Shown here: positions 25,704 through 34,995 of the stretch, one piece after another
Layout: each line of letters starts with the position of its first letter
How positions within the stretch are numbered: position 1 is the stretch's first letter
Source of the DNA: a virus
Taxonomy: Duplodnaviria > Caudoviricetes
DNA: 38,258 nt
IMG/VR virus record: IMGVR_UViG_3300003432_000009
Span: 1 to 38,258 of that record
Strand: one strand, 5' to 3'
Position numbers and translations under genes: made by a program
Notes under the pieces: model-generated
What the model was told of the DNA's origin: nothing
The model's database searches: none
Seen by the model: the letters and a program-made list of their open reading frames with translations, nothing else

Positions 25704-27371
25704 ATGTTCAATAACTTATTAAATAACATAATTGCTGCAACTCCTTGGGGATCAGCACAAGCAAAAGCTAATCAGAATCTTGCTAACGCACAGTTAACTG
25801 CTGCCAAACAAGTAACAACAGCTCAAAATGCTGGACAACCTTATAGACCGCCAGTTTCTAACGTATCTAATAACTATAATCCGACATTATTTTCTCCAGC
25901 ATCGTCATCATCAAATAATTCCTCATCCGGTGGAAGTTCTGGATCAAATGGAGGAAATACCAGTATATTCAGAAATAATCTTAGTAGTTTATCACCAATT
26001 GCTTATGCTTCTAATGGAAATGACGTTTATAATACTTATAAATCAGCGTTATCCCCATCAACTTCTACACAACCTGCAACTTTTAATGCATCAGCTAATG
26101 TATTCAGTGATTTATTAAAAAGTATTGGTAGCGGATTAAGCGGATTGATTGGCTCTACAGGAATGAAAGGTTTAACTGGTGAAGCAGTTAAATCAGGATC
26201 GTGGTTTAATATGCCTGATTTTGGATATACGGAAGCAAACGCTGCATCTCCTTTAGCAAACACATCAGTAATAAAAGGAATACAGGGGGCCATAAGTGGT
26301 TATGGTCAACCATCATCCTATGTTTCTCCAATATCAAAAACTACCGATAATAATACTTCTCAACAACAAAGATTTGGTGATTTAAATAGTAAATATAGTT
26401 CTCTAACCGGTTCTGGAAGTCAAACCGGTTCAGGATCATCTAATTTAAGTTCCAATTTACAAGCAATATTTAATAGTATTGATGAAAGTATGAAACCAAA
26501 ATATGATGAAATTAATGCCCGGATGATGAATGGTGAAATAGGTCAAGAAGAAGCAGCCAGACAAGCTGCTGCATTACAGGATGAAGCTAATAATCTTTTA
26601 TATGACCAGTTAATATCCCAACAGCAGGGAGAATTACCATTACTGGAAAAAGATTTTACCAATAATTCCCAATATATAAATGACGCATCAGTTTTAGCAA
26701 AGAATAATGCTAATACTGCAAAAGTGGAGAATAAGAATATTTACGGTGATGCAATGCGGAAAATGGTTGGAAATCAGGGTATTATCCAAAAAAATATTAA
26801 TGACGTATATACTGCTGCCGGAACTGCCGGTGGAAGTGATTATTTAAGCGCAATGTCCGGTGCAGCCAGAGATACCGGAAACAATGTCGCTAATTCAGAA
26901 CGTGAACTTGCATCGGCAAATGCTAAAATTGATGCCCAGCAAAATGCTTATGAACTGGAAACTAAAAATAAAGTTAATCAATTACTGCTTGATAAAGAAA
27001 AGGCGGTAAAAACAATTACCGACAATGTGAATATGAGCCGGACACAAAAGACTGCTGCTACTAAAGAAATAAATTCAAAATTAGCTACTGATCTGGCTAA
27101 TATTCGTAATACACATGAACAACAGACTAATGCTTTTGAACAGATGAAAATACAGGATTTAACAAATAGTTCTAACTTGATTAAAAATGCGGTAGTTTCG
27201 GATTCATTATATAACCGGACTGCAACTCCAACAGGATTAGATGCCGGTAGTAATCCAAATTCTACTACCGATTCAAGAAATCTGGTAGGTAAAGTCAGAG
27301 TTAATTCTTTTGGACAAAAAGAAGTATTTGTAAATGGAAAATGGCAAGTTTTACCATCAAGTACTGCTTAA
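25704..27371 (+). CDS. Putative internal virion / DNA ejection protein
   Basis: S/N/G low-complexity N-half and helical A/N/Q-rich C-half; follows tube B. Confidence 0.6.
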   Translation: MFNNLLNNIIAATPWGSAQAKANQNLANAQLTAAKQVTTAQNAGQPYRPPVSNVSNNYNPTLFSPASSSSNNSSSGGSSGSNGGNTSIFRNNLSSLSPIAYASNGNDVYNTYKSALSPSTSTQPATFNASANVFSDLLKSIGSGLSGLIGSTGMKGLTGEAVKSGSWFNMPDFGYTEANAASPLANTSVIKGIQGAISGYGQPSSYVSPISKTTDNNTSQQQRFGDLNSKYSSLTGSGSQTGSGSSNLSSNLQAIFNSIDESMKPKYDEINARMMNGEIGQEEAARQAAALQDEANNLLYDQLISQQQGELPLLEKDFTNNSQYINDASVLAKNNANTAKVENKNIYGDAMRKMVGNQGIIQKNINDVYTAAGTAGGSDYLSAMSGAARDTGNNVANSERELASANAKIDAQQNAYELETKNKVNQLLLDKEKAVKTITDNVNMSRTQKTAATKEINSKLATDLANIRNTHEQQTNAFEQMKIQDLTNSSNLIKNAVVSDSLYNRTATPTGLDAGSNPNSTTDSRNLVGKVRVNSFGQKEVFVNGKWQVLPSSTA

Positions 27372-27388
27372 TTTAATTAAATATATGT

Positions 27389-30300
27389 ATGGGTTTCTTC
27401 ACCGATTTAGTCAAACAAGGATTAGGGATAACACCAGTCCAAAAAGCCCTTCAATGGGCAGGACAGAATCTTCCTGAGTCAATCACTACTCCAGCAATAC
27501 AAGCAGAACAGGTAATGCGGAATCCTCCGATGCTACAGTTACCTAGATTTGAAATGCCTAAGTTTTTACCTTCTACTGTTCAATACTTCGGGAATATTGC
27601 GGTAAATATGCCACAGACCATAGCGGAAAGTGCGGTAAACACCCCCAGTTTACTTCTCAAAGGCGTATCCAATACCGGACTTGATCTGGCGGGTCAGATT
27701 AATCATGGAGAACGTAAACCGTTATCAACCTATGCTGCTGATATAGCTCCGTTTGCCGAAGGAATGTTAAATATCGGAACCGGAATATACGGTGGTTCAT
27801 TATTCAAAAACGCTGCGAAAGAGGCTATTGCACCTGTAGTCAAACAATCGGTATCCCAGATACTTAAATCAGGGGCAAAATCTATCGTTAAAGGGACAGG
27901 TATCGGAGCCGGTTACGGACTTGTCGGAGGATTACAGGAAACCTCCGGTCAATCTGTTGATGATATGATAAATAATGCCCTTAAAAAAACAGCAATTGGA
28001 GCCGGTACTGGTGCGGTATTAGGTCCGACAATGGAACTTGGTACAAAAATGGTTGGAAAAGCCTACGGAACCACTAAAGATATGCTGTCTAAAATGACAC
28101 CGGCAGAACGACAATCAGGGAAAATAGATATAATTGCTCCAGTCGGTAAACAATTTAAAGAACCGTATGTCAGAGGTGATAAAGCAACTATTGAAAAACA
28201 ATTGGATGCAGTACTTAATACCGAATCGCACATGAACGGAAAATGGAATAGTCGCATACCGGCTAGGGAAACTGCATTTAAAGAACTTGAACATTATGCC
28301 CAACAGGGGGATCAGGGAGCAGTTGACGCTCTCAATAAAGCCCTGGCATTACAGGCTGATTTATCTAAAGCAGAAATATCCAAAGCAACCCAAATACCGG
28401 AAATTAAAACACTTACGGGAAAATCAGTGAAAGATATACTGGCTAAGAAGAAACAGCCTATTGTAAGTCAACCTGTGACCCCAGAAATAGTTAAACCGGT
28501 AGGTCCGGGTTCGTTACCGTGGGAAGAAGCAGGATATGTACTCCCGAAAGGAAAAACACCTGAATCATTACCGGAAGGGTTTGTGGTAAACAAGAAAAAA
28601 CAAATGGTTCCGCTTAATCCCAAGGCAGAACAATTGACTGTAAAGGAATTGATAAGTAAAAAAAATACTGCTGAAGTTCAGGGTGAAAATAAAGTTAATT
28701 ATAATGATATATTGGCAAGAAATATCGGTAAACGGGAAGCAGCTAAAACCAGAGGGATGCAACAGGCTATTAAAGTTAATGATATACCGAAAGAAAAACA
28801 ATGGGATGTGATACGGGCAAGGGAAGGAACCTTAACTACCAGTGATCCGGTAGTAAATGAGAAAGTCGGAGTCCTGAAGCAGATATTTGATGAAGCCCAT
28901 ACTGTAGCTAAAAATACTGGATTACCCATAGATTATATAGATAACTACGTTACCCATATCTGGAAGGAAACCCCGCAACAGGTGGAAAAGGCATATAAAT
29001 CATTTAAAACTACCCTAAAATATGCACATGAACGGAAATATCCAACTTACGATGAGGGACTTAAAATGGGATTAACCCCCAAATTTACTAATCCTGCCCA
29101 GATTGTGAATGAATATGTCACCCGACTTCATAAGGTGGTAGCCAATGTGGAGATGTTTAAGGAATTACAAGACAACGGATTATTGATTAGTGGTAAAAAG
29201 GCAGCGGGTAATCCTGATTTTGTGCGGATAGATGCAGTAGGTTTTCCCCGACATGAAGTTCAGGTAAACGGTGAGAAAACAGTTATATCTGATTGGTATG
29301 CACCGAAAGCATTGGCAGATAAGATTAACCAGATAGCCAATCCCAATGAAGCCAGTTGGAAAGGCGTGGAGAAATTAGCCAAAGTATCCAGCGCAATTCA
29401 AGACGTATCCATGTCAGGCGGTATTCCCAAAACACCGATTAACGCTTGGACAGCAGCCCAAACTACTAAGGAAATATTATCGGGCAGGGTAAAGGCTCCG
29501 GTTAAGGCAATTGCCATTTCCATGAGTGAAAAAGCTACCCAGAAGTACAATACCGAAAATTCACAATTTATTATTGAGCAACAAGAACAGAATGTCCCTA
29601 TCCATACAACTTTCAATTCCTCTATTTTAGAGGATAAAGGCGCAGTTAAACGGACTCTTGGTGAAAAAGTAGCAAATAGTTGGAATAAGGCAATCAATGA
29701 GCCGACTTTCAAACGGTTTATGCCGATACTGCAAACCGAGTTTTATAAAGATATTCGGGCTAAAGCTATTAAGATGGGCAAATCCGAAGGCGAAGCCATT
29801 AAAGTTGCAACTCAGGCAGTTAAGAACTGGTATGGACTTAAAGGAACCGATATAACTGCTTTTGCGGATCAGAATAAAGAAAATGTAATTAAGACACTTT
29901 TCTTTGCTCCCAAATACCGTGAATCAATGTGGACATTTTGGGGAAATAACCTGAAGTCTTTAATTAAACCAACCGCACTAGAAAACAGGGCAAACATCAG
30001 ATTCCTTGTCGGATCGGTTTTAACCCTTACTGCCATGAACGCTATTAATAAGGTTCAGACGGGTAAGAATATGTGGGAAAATCCCCCAGGAAAAGAGGAT
30101 AAAATGCTGATTAAAATTGGGGATGGATATATCGGAGTACCATTCTTATCTTCAATAGCTACTATGCCCAGAATGGCATTTAAGATAGGGAAAAACATAG
30201 TAAGCGGTGATTTACCCCAAGCTGCACGGGAAGCCAAAGGATCACTCTCCCAGATGATTAGGCCGGTAGCTGATGTAGTAACCAATGAGGATTATTTTGG

Positions 30301-31333
30301 CAATAAGATAGTTGAAGATAATTCCCAAAATCCGTTATTGGATCGGGCATTATATGTGGCAGGACAGGTAAATCATCCGTATATTCGTGAACTGGTTAAT
30401 GCGGGAATGGGAAACTTGCCGGATTCCATGAGGCAACAGTTGGGTATGACTAAAAAATCAGTTCCGGCATATCAGGCTATCTCACAGGCATTGGAGCTTC
30501 CATTTAGGTTTTATAATAAAACCAACGGTAATGATCCATTGGAAACCGGATATTACTACCAGACCAGAGATGAGATATTAAAGGGAATGAGTACGAATGA
30601 TAAAGCGACATGGGAGAAACTGCACCCATCGGATAAGGTAGATAATGGAGCATTAAATAGTCAACAAAAGGCCATGCTATATCTTAATAATCCCCAGATT
30701 CAGGTTCGGGAAATGATACTGGCTCAAGCTCTCAAAACTAAGTTGGGGCAGGACTATGATCCGGTGTGGGATTTACCGGCAGACCAACGTAATCAGATAT
30801 TTGCAGCCAGAACTTCCTTGCCAGGTGAGAAAAATACGGTCAAAGCGGAAATATCCAAACAATCATGGTATGCGGAATTTAATAAGATGGAAGCTGACTA
30901 CTATGATAAACTTTATTCTAAGATAGGACCGCAAACTTCAGATACGGGTCAACCAACCGCCTCCGATTATGTCCAGTCACAAATGGATGTAAAAAACTGG
31001 AAAGACCCGCAGGTACAACAATACCTAAATGATTTAAGTGAATACAATAATAACAAACGTACTTCACTTGGGTTATCTCCAATAGCACCATATTCAGGAA
31101 GTAAATCTTCTTCTTATGGAATAAATAGTACTTATGAGAAATATAAATGGTCTAATCTAAAATCTAAAAACAAAGCAGCAATTACTAAAAGTGTAAAAGG
31201 AATATTTAAAACTAAAAAGATTAAGGTACAATCGGTTAAATCAGTCTTATCTAAAATTAAAGCATCTAAAAAAAGGAAATCACTAAAGGTGATATTGGCA
31301 AAAGCACCTAAATTTAAAACTAAAAAGGGATAA
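27389..31333 (+). CDS. Large internal virion / ejection protein with Lys-rich C-terminal tail
   Basis: 1314 aa, G/A-rich membrane-like segments, LFFAPKY...NEDYFGNKI large-polyvalent-like motifs, very basic last ~60 aa. Confidence 0.7.
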   Translation: MGFFTDLVKQGLGITPVQKALQWAGQNLPESITTPAIQAEQVMRNPPMLQLPRFEMPKFLPSTVQYFGNIAVNMPQTIAESAVNTPSLLLKGVSNTGLDLAGQINHGERKPLSTYAADIAPFAEGMLNIGTGIYGGSLFKNAAKEAIAPVVKQSVSQILKSGAKSIVKGTGIGAGYGLVGGLQETSGQSVDDMINNALKKTAIGAGTGAVLGPTMELGTKMVGKAYGTTKDMLSKMTPAERQSGKIDIIAPVGKQFKEPYVRGDKATIEKQLDAVLNTESHMNGKWNSRIPARETAFKELEHYAQQGDQGAVDALNKALALQADLSKAEISKATQIPEIKTLTGKSVKDILAKKKQPIVSQPVTPEIVKPVGPGSLPWEEAGYVLPKGKTPESLPEGFVVNKKKQMVPLNPKAEQLTVKELISKKNTAEVQGENKVNYNDILARNIGKREAAKTRGMQQAIKVNDIPKEKQWDVIRAREGTLTTSDPVVNEKVGVLKQIFDEAHTVAKNTGLPIDYIDNYVTHIWKETPQQVEKAYKSFKTTLKYAHERKYPTYDEGLKMGLTPKFTNPAQIVNEYVTRLHKVVANVEMFKELQDNGLLISGKKAAGNPDFVRIDAVGFPRHEVQVNGEKTVISDWYAPKALADKINQIANPNEASWKGVEKLAKVSSAIQDVSMSGGIPKTPINAWTAAQTTKEILSGRVKAPVKAIAISMSEKATQKYNTENSQFIIEQQEQNVPIHTTFNSSILEDKGAVKRTLGEKVANSWNKAINEPTFKRFMPILQTEFYKDIRAKAIKMGKSEGEAIKVATQAVKNWYGLKGTDITAFADQNKENVIKTLFFAPKYRESMWTFWGNNLKSLIKPTALENRANIRFLVGSVLTLTAMNAINKVQTGKNMWENPPGKEDKMLIKIGDGYIGVPFLSSIATMPRMAFKIGKNIVSGDLPQAAREAKGSLSQMIRPVADVVTNEDYFGNKIVEDNSQNPLLDRALYVAGQVNHPYIRELVNAGMGNLPDSMRQQLGMTKKSVPAYQAISQALELPFRFYNKTNGNDPLETGYYYQTRDEILKGMSTNDKATWEKLHPSDKVDNGALNSQQKAMLYLNNPQIQVREMILAQALKTKLGQDYDPVWDLPADQRNQIFAARTSLPGEKNTVKAEISKQSWYAEFNKMEADYYDKLYSKIGPQTSDTGQPTASDYVQSQMDVKNWKDPQVQQYLNDLSEYNNNKRTSLGLSPIAPYSGSKSSSYGINSTYEKYKWSNLKSKNKAAITKSVKGIFKTKKIKVQSVKSVLSKIKASKKRKSLKVILAKAPKFKTKKG

Positions 31334-31356
31334 AAACGTATTAAAAAAGGTATCAT
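31328..31356 (+). promoter_or_regulatory. Phage late-type promoter copy 6 (GGATAA-N17-TATCAT)
   Basis: Exact 17-nt spacer, upstream of the fibre/lysis block. Confidence 0.7.
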
Positions 31357-31375
31357 ATAATATGAAGGAGAATTT

Positions 31376-32602
31376 ATGACAGCTTTTCAACCTTATTACA
31401 TTCCACAATATCGGACTACAACTTTAGATTTAGTTGGTGGTATGACTAATGCCACGACTGCCGGTATTAAACTTGCTACTATTCCGTCTGATCTAGATAT
31501 CACTAAACCTGGGATTCTTGCTTTTACTTATTCTAATCCAATAGATGCATCTTTAATTGAATGGATTACCTATACTTCAATTGATGGTACTAATGTACTT
31601 CAGGGAGTAACTAGAGGTGCAGAAGGTTGGGGAGCTAAATCACATGATAATGGTTGTACGATTGGATTTGTATTTTCTAAATCTCATGTAAATGAAATCA
31701 TGGATGCCTTAACCGGAGTAACTACAGGAGTTATATTAAATATTCCATCTTTAACCACACCCAAAATTACCACATCAATTAATGATGCTAACGGTAATGA
31801 AGTAATCAAAACTCCAGCAACAGGGAGTGCAGTTAATGAGATAACGGTAACTAATGCAGCAACTAATGGAACGCCAACGATCAGCGCTACAGGGGGAGAT
31901 ACGGATATTTCATTAGACATTGTTTCTAAAGGTGCTGGTGTAATAAAGTTTAATTCAAAAGCAGTATCGGGGTTTGATGGTTGGACTCCTGTAACTGACT
32001 CTTGGACATATGCTTCCGCTTCAACTATAAACGTACCCAGCGGGGCCGCAGCGATTTATGGTAAAGGGGATAGGATACGTTTTAAACAAGGAGCCGGATA
32101 TAAGTATTTTGTAATTGTGGCAGTAACTGACACATTGCTTACGGTTGCAATAAATACGGATTATACGGTAGCAACCCCGACAGCAATTACGGATATTGCG
32201 TATTCCCATCAAATAAGTCCGATAGGATTTCCGCAATGGTTTACGGCAGCAACACCGACATTTGCAGTTTCAGAGTTTGATAATGGTTCAGGCGGACAAC
32301 CAACGACAACATCATGTCGTATGAGTATCAATGGAAATATATGTACACTAAAGTGGTGTGGAAGTGGAACTAAAGCAACTACTGATACTTATGTTCTTAT
32401 CTCAGCCCATACATTTCCAACTCCAGCTAACATGTCCCAATATCAATGCATGGGTGTTGGACATGTTGGACTTACCGGAGTTTATTATCCTTGGAATGTT
32501 ATGTATAACTCTGCAGCGTCAATTTATCTTATTACTCAGGCTAATATTAATGATAATACAACTATAACTATTGCATCTTTTGTATTGAGTTATGAATTCT
32601 AA
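31376..32602 (+). CDS. Tail fibre protein
   Basis: EWITYTSI...LQGVTRGAEG..AKSH N-terminal anchor, AVNEITVTNAATNGTPTISATG segment, distinct C-terminal tip; AAGGAG SD. Confidence 0.75.
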   Translation: MTAFQPYYIPQYRTTTLDLVGGMTNATTAGIKLATIPSDLDITKPGILAFTYSNPIDASLIEWITYTSIDGTNVLQGVTRGAEGWGAKSHDNGCTIGFVFSKSHVNEIMDALTGVTTGVILNIPSLTTPKITTSINDANGNEVIKTPATGSAVNEITVTNAATNGTPTISATGGDTDISLDIVSKGAGVIKFNSKAVSGFDGWTPVTDSWTYASASTINVPSGAAAIYGKGDRIRFKQGAGYKYFVIVAVTDTLLTVAINTDYTVATPTAITDIAYSHQISPIGFPQWFTAATPTFAVSEFDNGSGGQPTTTSCRMSINGNICTLKWCGSGTKATTDTYVLISAHTFPTPANMSQYQCMGVGHVGLTGVYYPWNVMYNSAASIYLITQANINDNTTITIASFVLSYEF

Positions 32603-32605
32603 TCT

Positions 32606-32827
32606 ATGACCAAATCCGACCACTCTATTGACGTTAAAATTGAATATATCCAAGGGGATTTAATTGAGGTCAAGCAGGATATTAAATATATCAAAGAGGA
32701 ATTTCTTACCCGGAGGGAATTTCAGGAAGCCTTTATACCTATTCGTAATGGAGTTGTCGGAGTGATAATGTTAATCGTAACCGGATTTGTGGGTGCAATA
32801 ATAAATTTCTTTATCAGGAAACCATAA
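32606..32827 (+). CDS. Small coiled-coil plus C-terminal TM protein (holin/XhlA-like)
   Basis: Heptads followed by GVVGVIMLIVTGFVGAIINFFI. Confidence 0.65.
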   Translation: MTKSDHSIDVKIEYIQGDLIEVKQDIKYIKEEFLTRREFQEAFIPIRNGVVGVIMLIVTGFVGAIINFFIRKP

Positions 32828-32828
32828 T

Positions 32829-33266
32829 ATGAACCTATTTTATAAGTTTTCTATGTTTATATTCGGAGTGATATTTTTCACTATTTGTTTAGTTACTTTT
32901 TGGATGACTTATCCTTATAAAGTAATAACTTTCAATAGGAATGAATTTATAATCACGACTCCAGTTGTCCATCAAGGCGGGTTTGTCCACTATATGAATG
33001 ATTATTGTAAGTTTATGGATTTGCCTGCTAAAGTAACTAGATCTTTTATAGACCATATTATTTTTGTAACTCCGGTAACAGCAGTAAACAGACCTTTAGG
33101 TTGTCATAATTTTGATATAGCAGTTTTAATCCCGACAGAATTACCCATAGGTCATTATCAGATGGAAATGACCTATCAATATCAAGTTAATCCGGTCAGA
33201 ATTATTACTTTAAAAGCACTGACTGAGGAATTTGAAATCGTGGAAGCAACACCATCAGCTAAATAA
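32829..33266 (+). CDS. N-terminally membrane-anchored protein of the lysis module
   Basis: Single N-terminal TM helix followed by a beta-sandwich-like domain with two Cys. Confidence 0.65.
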   Translation: MNLFYKFSMFIFGVIFFTICLVTFWMTYPYKVITFNRNEFIITTPVVHQGGFVHYMNDYCKFMDLPAKVTRSFIDHIIFVTPVTAVNRPLGCHNFDIAVLIPTELPIGHYQMEMTYQYQVNPVRIITLKALTEEFEIVEATPSAK

Positions 33267-33268
33267 AT

Positions 33269-34219
33269 ATGAAATTAAAATTATTTGGAAAATTCGGTCA
33301 ACGTAATCCAAAATGGGCTTCAGAACTTCTCGGATATAATACCCAATCTCAGTTTAATATCGGAATGTACGGTTGCCTCATCACTTCTTTTAGTTGTTAT
33401 ATCAATAAAAACCCCCACGAAGTAAATGAACTTTTAAAAGCAAATAACGGTTTTATAAATGGGGGGGATTTCGTCTGGTCTAAATCTACAGTACTAGGAT
33501 TAAGCCAATTCTACCAATCGCCCTACTACAGCGATCCTGTGACCCCACAGGGGCTTTCTAAGATGCGATCACTTCTTGATGAAGGCAGACCTTTAATAAC
33601 ACATATAGACTTTGATCCAAGTGATCCAGATGATGACCAGCATTGGTTGATTGTTTATGGTTACGATGATAATGATGTTTTTTACTGTCACGATCCGTGG
33701 ACTGATTTAGATATTACTTTAGATGTGTATGGTGGAGCTAAAAGATGCATATTTGAGTGGAGATCATACGATAAGATTTTACAAAAAGATATACAAATAG
33801 ATTTACAATCAGAACTAGATCAATGCAGAATAGACCGTGATCGGAATTGGACGTGGTTTACAACACTTTGTGACACTCTTGGAGTGGGTGCAAATATAGA
33901 TGCTGCAGTCAATGAGGTTAAAAAGCTTGTAGGCAATGATGATATATTGGTTCAGAAAGACAAAGAGAACCAACAGTTGAAAACTCAAGTAACTGATCTT
34001 CAAAACCAAGTCAATCAAGCTAAGATTTCAATTAACGATCAACAGGATTTATTAAACGTAAAGTTAAATGAAATTGAAGAATTGAAAAAAACCAACACCC
34101 AGAATGTTAATTTGATTACCGTAATGCAGAAAAATCTGGATGATCTTTCAGCGCAGATTATCAAACCAGTATACAAGGGGTGGAAATTGGCACTTATAAA
34201 ACTTATTGAATCAATATAG
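33269..34219 (+). CDS. Putative endolysin: C39-like cysteine peptidase plus coiled coil
   Basis: QRNPKW, GCLITS (catalytic Cys), QHWLIV (His), HDPW (Asp); long C-terminal coiled coil. Confidence 0.8.
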   Translation: MKLKLFGKFGQRNPKWASELLGYNTQSQFNIGMYGCLITSFSCYINKNPHEVNELLKANNGFINGGDFVWSKSTVLGLSQFYQSPYYSDPVTPQGLSKMRSLLDEGRPLITHIDFDPSDPDDDQHWLIVYGYDDNDVFYCHDPWTDLDITLDVYGGAKRCIFEWRSYDKILQKDIQIDLQSELDQCRIDRDRNWTWFTTLCDTLGVGANIDAAVNEVKKLVGNDDILVQKDKENQQLKTQVTDLQNQVNQAKISINDQQDLLNVKLNEIEELKKTNTQNVNLITVMQKNLDDLSAQIIKPVYKGWKLALIKLIESI

Positions 34220-34230
34220 GAGGTGAGTAT

Positions 34231-34398
34231 ATGGATTTACTTATTACAATATTAATCGGAATTGGAATCATCTGGTTAGTCCAAACATTGCTTGGGGCTT
34301 TTGAATTAAAAGAACCAGCTAATAAAATAATTTTTGTAGTTACAGTTATTTTGGTGATTATTTGGATTGTTAGCGGAAGAACTTTTTTAATTAGATAA
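34231..34398 (+). CDS. Small two-TM membrane protein (55 aa, not in the ORF track)
   Basis: GGAGGTGA SD; MDLLITILIGIGIIWLVQTLLGAF...IIFVVTVILVIIWIV. Confidence 0.75.
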   Translation: MDLLITILIGIGIIWLVQTLLGAFELKEPANKIIFVVTVILVIIWIVSGRTFLIR

Positions 34399-34410
34399 GG
34401 AGGCGATATT

Positions 34411-34641
34411 ATGGCTAAAATTGATCCTAAATGGACAGCGTTATGGGAATCTTTAAAAGAACCGGCACGATTAGTAGTGTTGGGAATTGTAGCTTGGCTT
34501 TTAACAGTGATTGTCCCGCAGATAGATGAGAAGTGGATACCCATTATTACTATAGCTTTGAAATGGGTGGATAAGTTTGTACACGAATATAAAACTGATA
34601 CAAAAACTGAGGGTAGTTTCAAGGGAATTACCGGATTTTAA
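34411..34641 (+). CDS. Putative holin
   Basis: AAGGAGG SD; one to two TM segments and a charged C-terminus ending KGITGF. Confidence 0.6.
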   Translation: MAKIDPKWTALWESLKEPARLVVLGIVAWLLTVIVPQIDEKWIPIITIALKWVDKFVHEYKTDTKTEGSFKGITGF

Positions 34642-34662
34642 TTATCGGAAGTACGCAGATAC

Positions 34663-34690
34663 AAGAGGGCGTAGCAATACGCTCTCTTTT
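34663..34690 (+). terminator. Probable terminator hairpin after the lysis genes
   Basis: AAGAGGGCGTA-GCAA-TACGCTCTCTT 11-bp stem with a GNRA loop; short T tract. Confidence 0.6.
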
Positions 34691-34695
34691 CGTAT

Positions 34696-34995
34696 ATGAA
34701 TGCTTTAGAACAAAAACAATATTGGGGTAAAGTAACTGAAACAGTCAGTGAAATCTTTAAGCGTAAACTTGAAGAAATGGATAAGAATATTGACGCTTTG
34801 GATGCAAAGTGTGTTGGTGAGGATTCGCTTGAAGTGATTAGGGAGGCTAATTCATGGCTCAAGACTTTCGCTGAAATGAACAATCAGCCTGAACTCTACG
34901 AGGCTTACAGATACCACGTTTATATAGTTGAGAATACTTTAACAGTCATACAAGGTATTGAACAGGACACCAGTCCTAGAAAAGAGGAAGCATGA
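34696..34995 (+). CDS. Hypothetical protein
   Basis: ORF coupled to the next gene through an ATGA overlap. Confidence 0.65.
   Translation: MNALEQKQYWGKVTETVSEIFKRKLEEMDKNIDALDAKCVGEDSLEVIREANSWLKTFAEMNNQPELYEAYRYHVYIVENTLTVIQGIEQDTSPRKEEA

Noticed and set aside
382-30120. Other GGATAA hexamers (e.g. 382, 2620, 3025, 7350, 10677, 12897, 16964, 18940)
   Set aside because: None has TATNAT at the 17-nt spacing, so they were not counted as promoter copies.
16976-32602. Diversity-generating retroelement targeting fibre genes
   Set aside because: No reverse transcriptase and no template/variable repeat pair was noticed in this window.
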